Source of the DNA: the human T2T-CHM13v2.0 reference genome, Homo sapiens
Strand: one strand, 5' to 3'
Assembly (NCBI RefSeq): GCF_009914755.1
Contig: NC_060944.1
DNA: 64,000 nucleotides
Shown here in pieces: positions 26,501 through 41,500 of this stretch. Position 1 is the stretch's first letter. Each line of letters starts with the position of its first letter. The position numbers and the translations under genes are program-made. The notes below the pieces were generated by a model that saw only the letters and a list, made by a program, of their open reading frames with translations, did not search any database and was not told the origin of the DNA.

Positions 26501-29500
26501 AATGGAATGGAATGCAATGGAATGGAATGGAATGGAATGGAATGGAATGGAATGGAATGGAATGGAAGGGAATGGAGTGGAATGGAATGGGATGGAATGG
26601 AATGAACCCTAGTGGAATGGAATGGAATGGAATGGAATGGAAGGGAAGGGAATCGAATGGAATGGAACGGAATCAAGCCGAGTGGAATGGAATGGAATGG
26701 AATAGAATCAACCTGAGTGGAATGGAATGGAATGCAATGAAGTGGTATGAAATGTTTGGAATGGAATGGAATGGACTCAAAACGAGTGGAATGGAATGGA
26801 ATGGAAATGAATGGAATGGAATGGAATGGAAACAACCCGAGTGGAATGGAATGGAATGCAATAGAATGGTATGGAATGGAACGGAATAGAATGGAATAGA
26901 ATGGAATCAAAACGAGTGTAATGGAATGGAATGGAATGGAATGGATTGGAAACAAACCGAGTGGAATGGAATGCAATGGAATGGAATGGAATGGAATGCA
27001 ATGGCATGGAATGGAATGGAATGGAATGCAATGGCATGGAATGGAATGGAATGAAATGGAATGGAATGGCATGGAATGGAATGGAATGGAATGGAATGGA
27101 ATGGAATGGAATGGATTGGAATGCGTTGGAATGGAATCGAATGGAATCAACTGGAATGGAAGGGAATGGAATGGAATGGAATCAGTTAGATTGGAATGGC
27201 ATGGAATGGAATGGAATGCAATGCAATGTAATGGAATGGAATCAACCCATGTGGAATGTAGTGCAAAGGAATGGAATTGAATGGAATCAACCAAAGTGGA
27301 ATGGAACGGAATGGAATAGAATGGAAGGGAATGGAATGGAATGCAATGGAGTCAACCCAAATGGAATCGAATGGAATGAAATGCAATGGAATGGAATGAA
27401 ATGGAATCGAATGGAATGGAATGAAATGGAATGGAATGCAATGGAATGAAATGAGTTAGGATGGAATGGAATTAAAACGAGTGGAGTGGAATGGAATGGA
27501 ATGGAATGGAATGGAATAAATTAGAATGGAATGGAAAGCAATACCATGGAACGGAATCAACCCCTGTGGAATGGAATAGAATGGAATGGAATGGAATGGA
27601 ATGGAATGGCATGGAAAGCAATTGAATGGAATGGAATCAACCAGAGTGCAATGGAGTGGAATGGAATGGAATGGAATGGAATCAACCCGAGTGAAATGGA
27701 ATGGAAAGTTACGGAATGGAATGGAATGGAATGGAATAGAATGGAATGCAATGTTATGGAATTAACCCGAGTAGAATGGCATGGAATGGAATGGAATGGA
27801 ATGGAATGCAATGGAATGGAATGGAATGGAATGGAATGCATTTCAATGGAATGGAATGGAATGGAATGGAATGTAGTCAACGCGAGTGGAATGGATTGGA
27901 ATGGAATGGAAGGGAATGGAATGGAATGGAATCATCCCGAGTGGAATGGATTGGAGTGGAATGGAATGGAATGGCTAGGAACGGAATGGAATGGAGTGGA
28001 ATGGAATGGAGTGGAATAGAATGGAATTCAATGGATAGGTATGGAAGGGAATCAAGTGGAATGGAATGGCATGGAAGAGAATGGAAGGAATGGAAAGGAA
28101 TCAAGCCGAGTGGAATCGAAAGGAATGGAATGGAATTGAATGGAATGGAACGGAATTGACAAAACCCGATTGGAATGCAATGGAATGGAACGGAATGAAA
28201 TGGAATGGAAAGGAATGGAATGGAATCCAAGCGATGGGAAAGGAATGCAATGGAATGAAATGGAATGGAATCCACCCGAGTGAAATGGAATGGAATGGAA
28301 TGGAGTGGAATCAACCCAAGTGGAATGGAATCAAATTGAATGGAATGGATTGGAATGGAATGGAATGGAATTACCCCGAGTGAAATGGCATGGAAAGGAA
28401 CGGAATAGAATTTAATGGAATAGAATGGAATGGAATGGAATCAACCCGAGTGGAATTGAATGGAATGAAATGGAATGCAATGTAATGGAATGGAACCAAT
28501 AAGAGTGGAATGGATTGGAATGGAATGGAATGGAATGAAAGGGAATGGAAAAAACCTGAGTGGAATGGAATGGAATGGAATGAAATGGAATGGAATGGAA
28601 TGGAATGGAAAAGAATGGAATGGAATAGAATACACCAGAGTGGAATGGAATAGAATGGAATGGAATGGACTGGAATCAACCCCAGTGGAATGGAATGGAA
28701 TGGAATGGAATGGAATGGAATGGAATGGAATGGATTGGAATCAAACCGAGTGGAATGGAATGGAATGCAATGGAATGGAATGGAATGGAATGGAATGGGA
28801 TGGAATGGAATCAAACCGAGTGGAGTGGAATGGAATTGAATGGAATAGAATGGAGTAAATTGGAATGGAAAGGAATGGAATGGAATGAAATGGAATGGAA
28901 TGGAATAGAATCAACCACAATGGAATGGAATTGAATGGAATGGAATGGAATGGAATGGAATGGAATGGAATGGAATGGAATCAACCCCAGTGGAATGGAA
29001 TTTAATTGAATGGAATGGAATGGAATGAACCCGAGTGGAATGGAATGGAATGGAATTGAATGGAATTAACCCCAGTGAAATGGAATGGAAAGGAACGGAA
29101 TGGAATTTAAAGGAATGGAATGGAATGCAATGGAATGGAATCAACTTGAGTGGAATGGAATGAAATGGAATGCAATGGAAAGCAATGGAATTGAATGGAA
29201 TCAACCAGAGTTGAATGGAATTGAATGGAATGGAATGGAAGGTAATCAACCCAAATGGAATGGAATGGAATTGAATTGAATGCAATTACCCCGAGTGAAA
29301 TGGCATGGAAAGGAAAGGAATAGAATTTAATGGAATGGAATGCAATGGAATGGAATCAACCCGAGTGGAATGGAATGGAATGGAGTGGAATGGAATGCAA
29401 CGGAATGGAACCAATAAGAGTGGAATGGATTGGAAAGGAATAGAATGGAATGAAAGGGAATGGAATCAACCCGAGTGGAATGGAATGGAATGGATTGGAG

Positions 29501-32500
29501 TGGAATGGAATACACCAGAGTGGAATGGAATAGAATGGAATGAAATGGTGTGGAATCAACCCCAGTGGAATGCAATGGAATGGAATGGAATGAAATGGAA
29601 TGGAATGGAATCGAATGGATTGGAATCAAACGGAGAGAATGGAATGGAATGGAATGGAATGGAATGGAATGGAATGGAATAGAATGGAATGGAATGGAAA
29701 GGAATGGAATGGAATGAAATCAACCCGAGTGCAATGGAATGGAATAGAATGGGATGGATCTGAATAGAATGGATTGGATTGGAATCAATCTGAGTGGAAT
29801 GGAATGGAATGGAATTGAAGAGAATGAAATGGAATGGAATAGAATGGAATGGAATGGAATGGAATGGAAAGGAATGCAAGGACATGGAATGGAATGGAGT
29901 CAACTGGAATGGAATGGAATAGAATGGATTAGAATGGAATCAACACTAGTGGAATGAAATGGAAAGGAAAGTAATGGAAAGGAATGGAATGGAAAGGAAC
30001 TGAATGTAATGTAATAGAATGGAGTGGAATGGAATCAATGTGAGTGTAAAGGAATAGAATGGAACGGAATGGAATGGAATGGAATGGAATGGAATGGAAT
30101 GGAATCAACGCGATTGTAATGGAATGGAAAGGAATGGAGTAAATAGAATGGAATTGATTTGAATAGAATGGAATCAACTGGAATGGAATGAAATGGAATG
30201 GAATCGAATGCCATGGAATGGAATGCAATGGAATCAACAAGAATGGAAAGGAATGGAATCGAATGGAATGGAATGCAGTTAAGGCAAACCGAGTGGAATG
30301 GAATGGAATGGAATGGAATCGAATGGAATGGAATCAACCCGAGTGGAATGGAATGGAATGCAATGGAATGGAAGGGAATGAAATGGAATAGAATAGAAAG
30401 GAATGGAATGGAATGGAATGGAATGGAATGGAATGGAATGGAATGGAAGTGAATAGAGTGGAATGGAATGGAATGGAATGGAATGGAATGGAGTGGAATG
30501 GAATGTAATCAATACAAGTGAAATTAAATGGAATAGAATGGAATGGAATGGAGTGGAATGGAACGGAATTGATATGAATGGAATGGAATCTACCAGAGTT
30601 GAATGGAATGGAATGGAATGGAATGGAATGGAATGGAATGGAATGGAATCAACCCAAGTGGAATGGAATGCAATGGATTTGAATGGAATTACCCCGAGAG
30701 AAATGGAATGGAAAGGAACGGAATAGAATTTAATGGAATGGAATGGAATGGAATGGAATGGAATCAACCCGAGTGGAATGGAATGGATTGGAATGGAATG
30801 GAATGGAATCCACCAGAGGGGAACGGAATGGAATGGAATGGAATGGAATGGAATGGAATGGAATGGAATGGAATGGAATGGAGTGGAATCAACCTAAGTG
30901 GAATGGAATGGAATGGAATGGAATGGAATGGAATGGAATGGAATGGAATGGAATGGTATGGAATGGAATGGAATGGAATGGAATTTAATGGATTGGAATC
31001 AAACCGAGTGGAATGGAATGGAATGGAATGGAATGGCATGGCATGGAATAGAATGGAATGGAGTGGAATACAATCAATCTGAGTGGAATGGAAAGGAATG
31101 GAAAGGAATGGAATTGAATGGAATGGATTGGAATGGAATAGAATAGAGTCAACCAGAGTGGAATGGAGTGGAATGGACCGGAATGGAATGGAATGGAATA
31201 AACCCGATTAGAATGCAATGGAAGGGAATATAATCGAATGGAATGGAATGGCATTGAATGGGATCAACACCAGTGGAATGGAGTAGAATGGAATGGATTG
31301 GAATGGAATGGAATCCACCCGAGAGGAATGTATTGCAAAGGAATGGAATGGAGTGGAATCAACCTGAGTCGAATGGAATGTTATGGAATGAAATGGAATG
31401 GAATGGAATGGTATGGAATGGAATGAAATGGAATGGAATGGAAAGGAAAGGAATGCCATAGAATCAAAACGAGTGGAATGGAATGGAATGGAAAGGAATG
31501 GAATGGAATTCATTAGAATCAACCCGAGTGGAATGGAATGGAAAGGAATTGAATGGAATAGAATGGAATGGAATCCAATCAAGTGTAAAGGAATGGAATG
31601 GAATGGAATGGAATGGAAAGGAATGGAATGGAATGGAATGGAATGTACAGGAATGGAATAAATCCGATTGGAATGGAATGGAATGCAATGTAATATGATG
31701 GAAAGGAATGGAATACACCCGAATGGAATGACAAGGAATGGAATGTAATGGAATGGTATGGATTGGAATGGAATCAACACAAGTGGAATGGAAAGGAATG
31801 GAATGGAATGGAATGGAATCGAATGGAATGGAATGGAATTGATTGGAATCAACCCGCGTAGAATGCAGAGGATTCGAATAGAAAGGAATGAACCCGAGAG
31901 GAATGGAACGGAATGGAAAGGAAGGGAACGGAATGGAATGGAGTGGAATGGAATGGGATGGAACGGAATGAACTGTAGTGGAATGCAACGGAATGGAAAG
32001 GAATGGAATAGAATGGAATGGAATGGAATGGAATGGAATGGAATGGAATGGAATGGAATGGAATGCAATGGAATGGAATGAAATGAAATGGAACGGAATC
32101 AACCCGAGTGGAATGGAATGGAATGGAATGGAATCAAACTGAGAGGAATGGAATGGAATGCAATGAAATGGTATGGAATTGTTGGAATGGAATGGAATGG
32201 ACTCAAAACGAGTGGAATGGAATGGAATGGAAATCAATGGAATGGATTGGAATGGAAACAACCCGAGTGGAATGGAATGGAATGCAATGGAATGGTATGG
32301 AATGGTATGGAATGGAATGGAATGGAATGGAATGGAATGGAATGGAATGGAATCAAAACGAATGGAATGGAATGGAATGGAACGGAATGGAATAGATTGG
32401 AATCCAACCGAGTGGAATATAATGTAATGGAATGGTATGGAATGCAATGGCATAGCATGGAATGCAATGGAATAGAGTGCAATGGAATGAAATGGAATGG

Positions 32501-35500
32501 AATTGAATGGAATGGATTCGAATGCGTTCAAATGGAATCGAATGGAATCAAGTGGAATGGAAAGGAATGGAATGGAATGGAATCAATTAGATTGGAATGG
32601 AATGGAATGGAATGGATTGCAATGGAATGTAATGGAAAGGAATCAACCCGTGTGGAATGTAATGGAAAGGAATGCAATGGAATGGAATCAAGAAAAGTGG
32701 AATGGAAGGGAATGGAAAATAATGGAAGGGAAAGGAATGGAATGCAATGGAGTCAACCGAAATTGAATCGAATTGAATGGAATACAATGGAATAGAATGA
32801 AATGGAACGGAATCGTATGGAATGGGATGGGATGGAATGGAATTACACCGAGTGGAGCGGAATGGAATTGAATGGAATGGAATGGAATAAATTGGAATGG
32901 AATGGAATGGAATGCAATGGAATGGAATCAACCCGTGTGGAATGGAATGGAATGGAATGGAGTGGAAAGCAATTGAAAGGAATGCAATCAACCCGTGTGG
33001 AATGGAATGGAATGGAATGGAATGGAGTGGAAAGCAATTGAATGGAATGGAATCAACCAGACTAGAATGGAATTGAATAGAATGGAATGGAATGGAATCA
33101 ACCCGAGTGCAATGGAATGGAATGGAAACAACCCGAGTGAAATGGAATGGAAAGCTACGGAATGGAATGATTTGGAATCAAACCGAGTGGAATGGAATGG
33201 AAGGAATGGAATGGAATGGAACGGAATGAAATCAACCCGAATGGAATGGAATGGAATGGAATGGAATGGAATGGAATGGAATGGAATGGAATGGAATGGG
33301 ATGGAATAGAATGGAATGGAGTGGATTAGAATCAATCTGAATGGAATGGAAAGGAATGAAAAGGAATGCAATTGAATGGAATGGAATGGAATGGAATGGA
33401 ATGGAATTTAATAGAATCAACCAGAGTGGAATGGAGTGGAATGGAACGGAATGGAATGGAATGGAATGGAATAAAACCGAGTAGAATGCAATGGAAGGGA
33501 ATGGAACCAAATGGAATGGAATGGCATTGAATGGGATCAACACGAGTGGAATGGAATGGAATGGAATGGAATGGATTGGAATTGAATGGAATCCACCAGA
33601 GTGGAATATAATGGAAAAGAATGGAATGTAGTGGAATCAACCCGAGTGGGATGGAATCGTATAGATTGAAATGGAATGGAATGGAATGCTATGGAATGGA
33701 ATGGAATGGAATGGAAAGGAAAGGAATGCAATGGAATCAAAACGAGTGGAATGGAATGGAATGGAAAGGAATGGAATGGAATTCAATAGAATCAACCAGA
33801 GTGGAATGGAATGGAAAGGAATTGAATGGAATGGAATTGAATGGAATGGAATCCAATCCAGTGTAAGGAAATGGAATTGAATGGAATGGAATGGAATGGA
33901 ATGGAATGGACTGTAATAAATTCGAGTGGAATGGAATGGAATGCAATTTAATATAATGGAAATCAACGGAATCCAACCGAATGGAATGGAAAGGAATGGA
34001 ATGGAATGGAATGGAATGGAATGGAAAGGAATGGAATGTATTGGAATGGAATCAACTCCAGTGCAATGGAAAGGAATGGAATGGAATGAAATGGAATGGA
34101 ATGGAATGGAATGGAATGGAATGGAATGGAATGGAATGCAATGGAAAGGAATGGAATCAACCCGAGATTAATGGAATGGAATGGAATGCAATGGAATGGA
34201 ATGGAATCAACATGAGTGGAATGCAACAGAATGGAATGGAATGGAATGGAATGAAATGGATTGGAATCAACCCACTTGGAATGCAGTGGATTCAAATGGA
34301 ACGGAATCAACACGAGAGGAATGAAATGGAATGGAATGGAATGGAAAGGAATGGAATGGAGTGGAATGGAATGGGATGTAATGGAATGGAATGGAATGGG
34401 ATGGGATGGAATGGAATGGAATGGAATGGAATGGAATGGAACGGAATGGAATGGAATGGAATCAACCCTAGTGGAATGGAACGGAATGGAATGGAATGGA
34501 ATGGAATGGAATGGAATGGAATCAACCTGAGTGGAATGGAATGGAATGCAATGAAATGGTATGGAATGATTGGAATGGAATGGAATGGACTCAAAACGAG
34601 TGGAATGGAATGGAATGGAAACGAATGGAACGGAAAGGAATGTTAACAAACCGAGTGGAATGGAATGGAAAGCAATGGAATGGCATGGAATGGAATGGAA
34701 TGGAATGGAATGGAATGGAATGGAATGGAACAGAATGGAAAGAAAACGAGTGTAATGGAATGGATTCGAATGGAATGGAATAGATTGGAATCAAACAGAG
34801 TGGAATGGAATGCAATGAAATGGAATCGAATGCAATGGGATGGAATGCAATGGCATGGAATGGAGTGGAATGGAATGGAATTGAATGCATTGGAATGGAG
34901 TCGAAAGGAATCAAATGGGATGAAAGGGAATGGAATGGAATGGAATAAATTAGATTGCAATGCAATGGAATGGAATGGAAAGTAATGGAATGGAATGGAA
35001 TGGAATCAACACCTGTGGAATGTAACGCAAACGAAAGGAATGGAATGCAATGGAATCAACAAAAGTGGAATGGAAGGGAATGGAATAGAATGGAATGGAA
35101 TGGAATGCAATGCAATGAAGCCAACCCAAGTGGAATAGAATGGAATGGAATTCGATGGAGTGGAATGAAAGGGAATGGAATGGAATGGGATGGAATGGAA
35201 TTAAACTGAACGGAGTGGATTGGAATTGAATGGAATGAAATGGACAGGAATACAATGGAATGGAATCAACCCGTGTCGAATGCAATGGAATGGAATGGAA
35301 TGGAATGGAATGGAACGGAATGGAATGGAAAGCAATTGAATGGAATGGAATCAACCAGAGTGGAATGCAACGGAATGGAATGGAATGGAATGGAATGGAA
35401 TGGAATGGAATCAACCAGAGTGGAATGGAATGGAATGGAATGGAATGGAATGGAATGGGATCAACCAGAGTGAAATGGAATGGAAAATTAAGGAATGGAT

Positions 35501-35529
35501 TGGAATGGAATGGAATGCAATGGAATCAA
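23528..35529 (+). repeat. Higher-order unit B1 (~12.0 kb), diverged relative of A
   Basis: Shares A landmarks with point differences (AATTATATTAG 24970, GCTAGG 27974, CGTATAGATTG ~33658). It lacks A's ~1.4 kb and ~1.2 kb segments and has an extra ~3.85 kb segment. Confidence 0.85.
32929..33048 (+). repeat. 60-bp local tandem duplication in unit B
   Basis: CAACCCGTGTGG...AGTGGAAAGCAATTGA at 32929 and 32989. Repeated at ~63792/63852. Confidence 0.75.
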
Positions 35530-38500
35530 CCCGATTGGACTGGAATGCAATGGAATGGAATGGAATGAAATGGAGTCAAACCGACTGGAAGGGAATGGAA
35601 TGGAATGCAATGGAATCAACTCGAATGGAATGGAATGGAATGGAATGGAATGGAATGGAATGGATTGGAATGGAATGGAATGGAATGGATTCAGTGTGAG
35701 AGGAATGGAATGGAAGGGAGTGGAATGGAATAGAACGAAATGGAATAGAATGGAACGGAATGCAATGGAATGGATTGAAATGGAATGGAAAGGAATAAAA
35801 TCAAGTGAAATTGGATAGAATGGATTGGAATGGAATGGAATGGAATGGAATGGAATGGAATGGAATCCACCCAAGTGCAATGGAATGGATTTAAATGGAT
35901 TGGAATGAAATGGAATGTAATGGAATGGAATGGACTTCACACGAGTGCAATGGAATGGAATGGAATGGAACCAACCCGAGTGGAATGGAATGGAATGGAA
36001 ATTAATGGAATGGAATAGAATGGAATCAACCCGAGTGGAATGGAATGGAATGCAATGAAATGGTTTGGAATGGTATGGAATGGAATGGAATGGAATGCAA
36101 TGGAATGGAATCAAAGCGAGTGGAATGGAATGGAATGAAATGGAATGGAATGGAATCAACACGAGTGGAATGGAAGGGAATGGAATGGGATGGGATGGAA
36201 TGGAATGGAATGCAATGCAATGGAATCAACCCGAGTAGAATGGAAAGGAATGGAATGGAATGGAAAGGAATGGAATGGAATGGAATGGAATGGAATGGAA
36301 TGGAATCCACCCGATTACAATGGAAAGGAATGGCATGGAATGGAATGGAATGGAATGGATTGGAATGGAATACAAGGGAATGCAATGGAATGGAGTCAAC
36401 AGGAATGGAATGGAATGGAACCAACACGAGTGGAATGAAATGGAAAGGAGCGGAATGGACAGGAAAGGAATGGAAAGGAACTGAATGTAATGGAATCGAA
36501 TGGAGTGGAATTGAATGGAATGAAATGGAATCAATGTGAGTGAAATGGAATGGAATGGAACGGAATGGATGGGAATGGAATGGAATGGAATGGAATGGAA
36601 TGCAATGGAATCAATGAGAGTGCAATGGATGGAATGGAATGGAGCAAATAAAAAGTAATTTATTTGAATGGAATGGAATCAACTGGAATGGAATGGAATG
36701 GAATGGAATGGAATGGAATAGAATGCCATGGAATGGAATGGAATGGAATGCCATGGAATGGAATGGAATGGAATTAACAAGAAAGGAAAGGAATGGAATG
36801 GAATGGAATGGAATGGAATGGAATGGAGAAGACGCAAACCGAGTGGAATGGAATGGATTGCAATGGAATGGAAAGGAATGAAATGGAATGCAACGGAATG
36901 GAGTGGAATGGAATGGAATGGAATGGAATGGAATGGAATGGAATGGAATGGAATCAATGCAAGTGTAATTGAATGGAATGGAATGGAATGGAATGGAGTG
37001 GAATTGATTGGAATTGATATGAATGGAATGGAATCAACCGGAATGGAATGGACTGGAATGGAATGGAATGGAATGGAATCAACTAGAATGGAAAGGAATG
37101 GAATGCAATGCAATGGAATGGAATGGAATGGAATGGAATCAACCCTTGTGAAATGTAAACCAAAGGAATGGAATGGAATGGAATGGAATTAAATGGAATG
37201 GAATCAACAAAAGTGGAATGGAATGGAAGGGAATACAACGGAATAGAATGGAATGGAATGGAATAAACCAGAGTGTAATGGAAGGGAATGGAATGCAATG
37301 GATTCGATTGGAATTAAATTAACTCCATTGGAATGGAGTGGAATGGAATGGAATGGAATGCAAAGAAGCCGATTGGAATGCAGTGGACTGCAAAGGAATG
37401 GAATTGAAAGGGATGGAATGGAATGGAATGGAATAGAATGCAATGGAATGGAATGGAGTGGAATGGAATTAACAAAAGTGGAATGGAAGGGAATGGAATA
37501 GAATGGAATGGAATGGAATGGAATGGAATGGAATGGAATCAACCCGAGTGGAATGGAATTGACGGGATTGGAATGGAATGTAATGAACCCGAGTGGAATT
37601 GAATGGAATGGAATTGAATGGAATTAACCCGAGTGAAATGGAATGGAAAGGAACTGAATGGAATTTAATGGAATGGAATGGAATGGAATGGAATGGAATG
37701 GAATGGAATGGAATGGTGTCGAATAGAATGGTATGGAATGGAATGAACCCTCGTGGAATGGAATGGAATGGAATGGAATGGAATGGAATGGAATGGAATG
37801 GAATGGAACAGAATGGAACGGAATCTTCCGCAGTGGAATGGAATGGAATGGAATAGAATCAACCTGAGTGGAATGGAATGGAATGCAATGAAATGTTATA
37901 GAATGGTTTAAATGGAAAGGAATGGAATCGAAACGAGGGGAATGGAATGGAATGGAAACGAATGGAATGGAATGGAATGGAATGGAAACAACCCTAGTGG
38001 AATGGAACGAAATGCCAAGGAATGGTATGCAATGGAATGGAATGGAATAGAATGGAATCAAAACGAGTGGAATGCAATGGAATGGAATGGAATAGATTGG
38101 AATGAAACCGAGTGGAATGGAATGCAATGGAATGGAATGAAATGGAATGGAATGGAATGGAATGGAATGGAATGGAATGGAATGCAATAGCGCGGAATGG
38201 AATGGAATGGAAGGGAATGGAATGGAATGGAATGCAATGGAATGGAATAGACTGCGACGGAATGGAATGGAATGGTATTGAATGGAAACGATAGGAATGC
38301 ATTCGAATGGAATCGAATGTAATCTACTTTTAATGGAAGGGAATGGAATGGAATGGAATGGAATCAATTATATTGGAATGGAATGGAATGAAATGGAATG
38401 CAATGGAATGGAAAGGAATGCAATCAACCCGTGATAATGGAAAGCAAAGGAATGGAATAGAACGGAATGGAATCAACAAAAGTGGAAAGGAAGGGAATGG

Positions 38501-41500
38501 AATAGAATGGAATGGAATGGAATGGATTGGAAGGCAATGGAGTCAACCCAAATGGAATCGAATGTTATGGAATGAAATGGAAGGGAACGAAATGGAATGG
38601 AATGGCATGGAATGGAATGGGATGGAATGCAATTAAACCGAGTGGAGTGTAATGGATTTGAATGGAATGGAATGGAATAAATTGCAATGGAATGGAATGG
38701 AATGCAATGGAATGGAATCAACCCGTCTGGAATGGAATGGAATGGAAAGGAATGGAAAGCAAGGCAATGGAATGGAATGAACTGCAATGGAATGGAATGG
38801 AATGGAATGGAATGGAATGGAATGGAATGGATTGGAATCAAACCGAGTGGAATGGAATGGAATGGCATGAAATGGAATGGAATGGAATGGAATGAAATCA
38901 ACCTGAGTGGAATGGAATGGAATGGAATGGCATGGAATAGAATGGAATGGAGTGGATGAGAATCAATCTGAGTGGAATGCAAAGGAATGGAATTGAATGA
39001 AATGGAATGGAATAGAATGAACCAGAGTGGAATTGAGTGGAATTGACCGGAATGGAATGGAATGGAATGTAATGGAATGGAATGGAATAAACCCGATTCG
39101 AATGCAATGGAAGGGAATGGAATCGAATGGAATGCAATGGCTTTGAATGGCATCAACAAGAGTGGAGTGCAATGGAATGGAATGGATTGGAATGGAATGG
39201 AATCCACACGAGAGGAATGTAATGGAAAGGAATGGAAAGGAATGGAATCAACCCGAGTCGAATGGAATGCTATGGAATGAAATGGAATGGAATGGAATGG
39301 TATGGAATGGAATGGAATGGAATGGAAAGGAAAGGAATGCAATTGAATCAAAACGAGTGGAATGGAAAGGAATGGAAAGGAATGGAATGGAATTCAATAG
39401 AATCAACACGAGTGGAATGGAAAGAAAGGAATTTAATGGAATGGAAAGGAATGGACTGGAATACAATCCAGTGTACAGGAATAGAATGGAATGGAATGGA
39501 ATGGAATAAATTCGAATGGAATGGAATGGAATGCAATGTAATATGATGGAAAGGAATAGAATGCACCCGAATGGAATGGAAAGGAATGGAATGGAATGGA
39601 ATGGAATGGAATGGAATGGATTGGAATGGAATCAACGCGAGTGGAATGCAAAGGAATAGAATGGAATGGAATTAAATGGAATGGAATGGAAAGGAATGGA
39701 ATGGAATGGAATGGAATGGAACGGAATCGAATGGAATGGAATGGAATGGAAAGGAATGGAATCAACCCGAGTGGAATGGAATGGAATGGAATGCAATGTA
39801 ATGGAATGGAATCAACCCGAGTGGAATGCAATGGAATGGAATGGAATGGAATGGAATGGAATGGAATGGAATGGAATGGATTGGAATCAACAATGCGTGG
39901 AATGTATTGCATTTGAATAGACTGGAATGAACCCGAGAGGAATGGAATGGAATGGAATGGAATGGAATGGAATGGAATGGAATGGAATGGAAGGGAATGG
40001 AGTGGAATGGAATGGGATGGAATGGAATGAACCATAGTGGAATGGAATGGAATGGAATGGAATGGAATGGAATGGAATGGAACGGAATCAAGCCGAGTGG
40101 AATGAAATGGAATGGAACAGAATCAACCTGAGTGGAATGGAATGGAATGCAATGAAGTGGTATGAAATGTTTAGAATGGAATGGAATGGACTCAAAACGA
40201 GTGGAATGGAATGGAATGGAAATGAATGGAATGGAGTGGAATGGAAACAACCCGAGTGGAATGGAATGGAATGCAATAGAATGGTATGGAATGGAATGGA
40301 ATGGAATAGAATGGAATCAAAACGAGTGGAATGGAATGGAATGGAATGGAATGGAATGGAATGCAATGGCATGGAATGGAATGGAATGAAATGGAATGGA
40401 ATGGCATGGAATGGAATGGAATGGAATGGAATGGAATGGAATTGAATGGAATGGATTGGAATGTGTTGGAATGGAATCGAATGGAATCAACTGGAATGGA
40501 AGGGAATGGAATGGAATGGAATCAGTTAGATTGGAATGGCATGGAATGGAATGGAATGCAATGGAATGTAATGGAATGGAATCAACCCGTGTGGAATGTA
40601 ATGCAAAGGAATGGTATGGAATGGAATCAACCAAAGTGGAATGGAACGGAATGGAATAGAATGGAAGGGAATGGAATGGAATCCAATGGAGTCAACCCAA
40701 ATGGAATCGAATGGAATCGAATGCAATGGAATGGAAAGAAATGGAATCGAATGGAATGGAATGAAATGGAATGGAATGGAATGGAATGAGATGGGATGCA
40801 ATGGAATTAAAACGAGTGGAGTGGAATGGAATGGAATGGAATGGAATGGAATGGAATGGAATAAATTAGAATGGAATGGAAAGCAATGCCATGGAACGGA
40901 ATCAACCCCTGTGGAGTGGAATGGAATGGAATGGCATGGAAAGCAATTGAATGGAATGGAATCAACCAGAGTGCAATGGAGTGGAATGGAATGGAATGGA
41001 ATGGAATCAACCCGAGTGAAATGGAATGGAAAGTTACGGAATGGAATGGAATGTAATGGAATGGAATGGAATGGAATGGAATGGAATGCAATGGAATGGA
41101 ATTAACCCGAGTAGAATGGCATGGAATGGAATGGAATGGAATGCATTTCAATGGAATGGAATGGAATGGAATGTAGTCAACGCGAGTGGAATGGATTGGA
41201 ATGGAATGGAAGGGAATGGAATGGAATGGAATCAACCCGAGTGGAATGGATGGGAGTGGAATGGAATGGAATGGCTAGGAACGGAATGGATTGGAGTGGA
41301 ATGGAATGGAGTGGAATAGAATGGAATTCAATGGATAGGTATGGAAGGGAATCGAGTGGAATGGAATGGCATGGAAGAGAATGGAAGGAATGGAAAGGAA
41401 TCAAGCCGAGTGGAATCGAAAGGAATGGAATGGAATTGAATGGAATGGATTGGAATTGACAAAACCCGATTGGAATGCAATGGAATGGAACGGAATGAAA

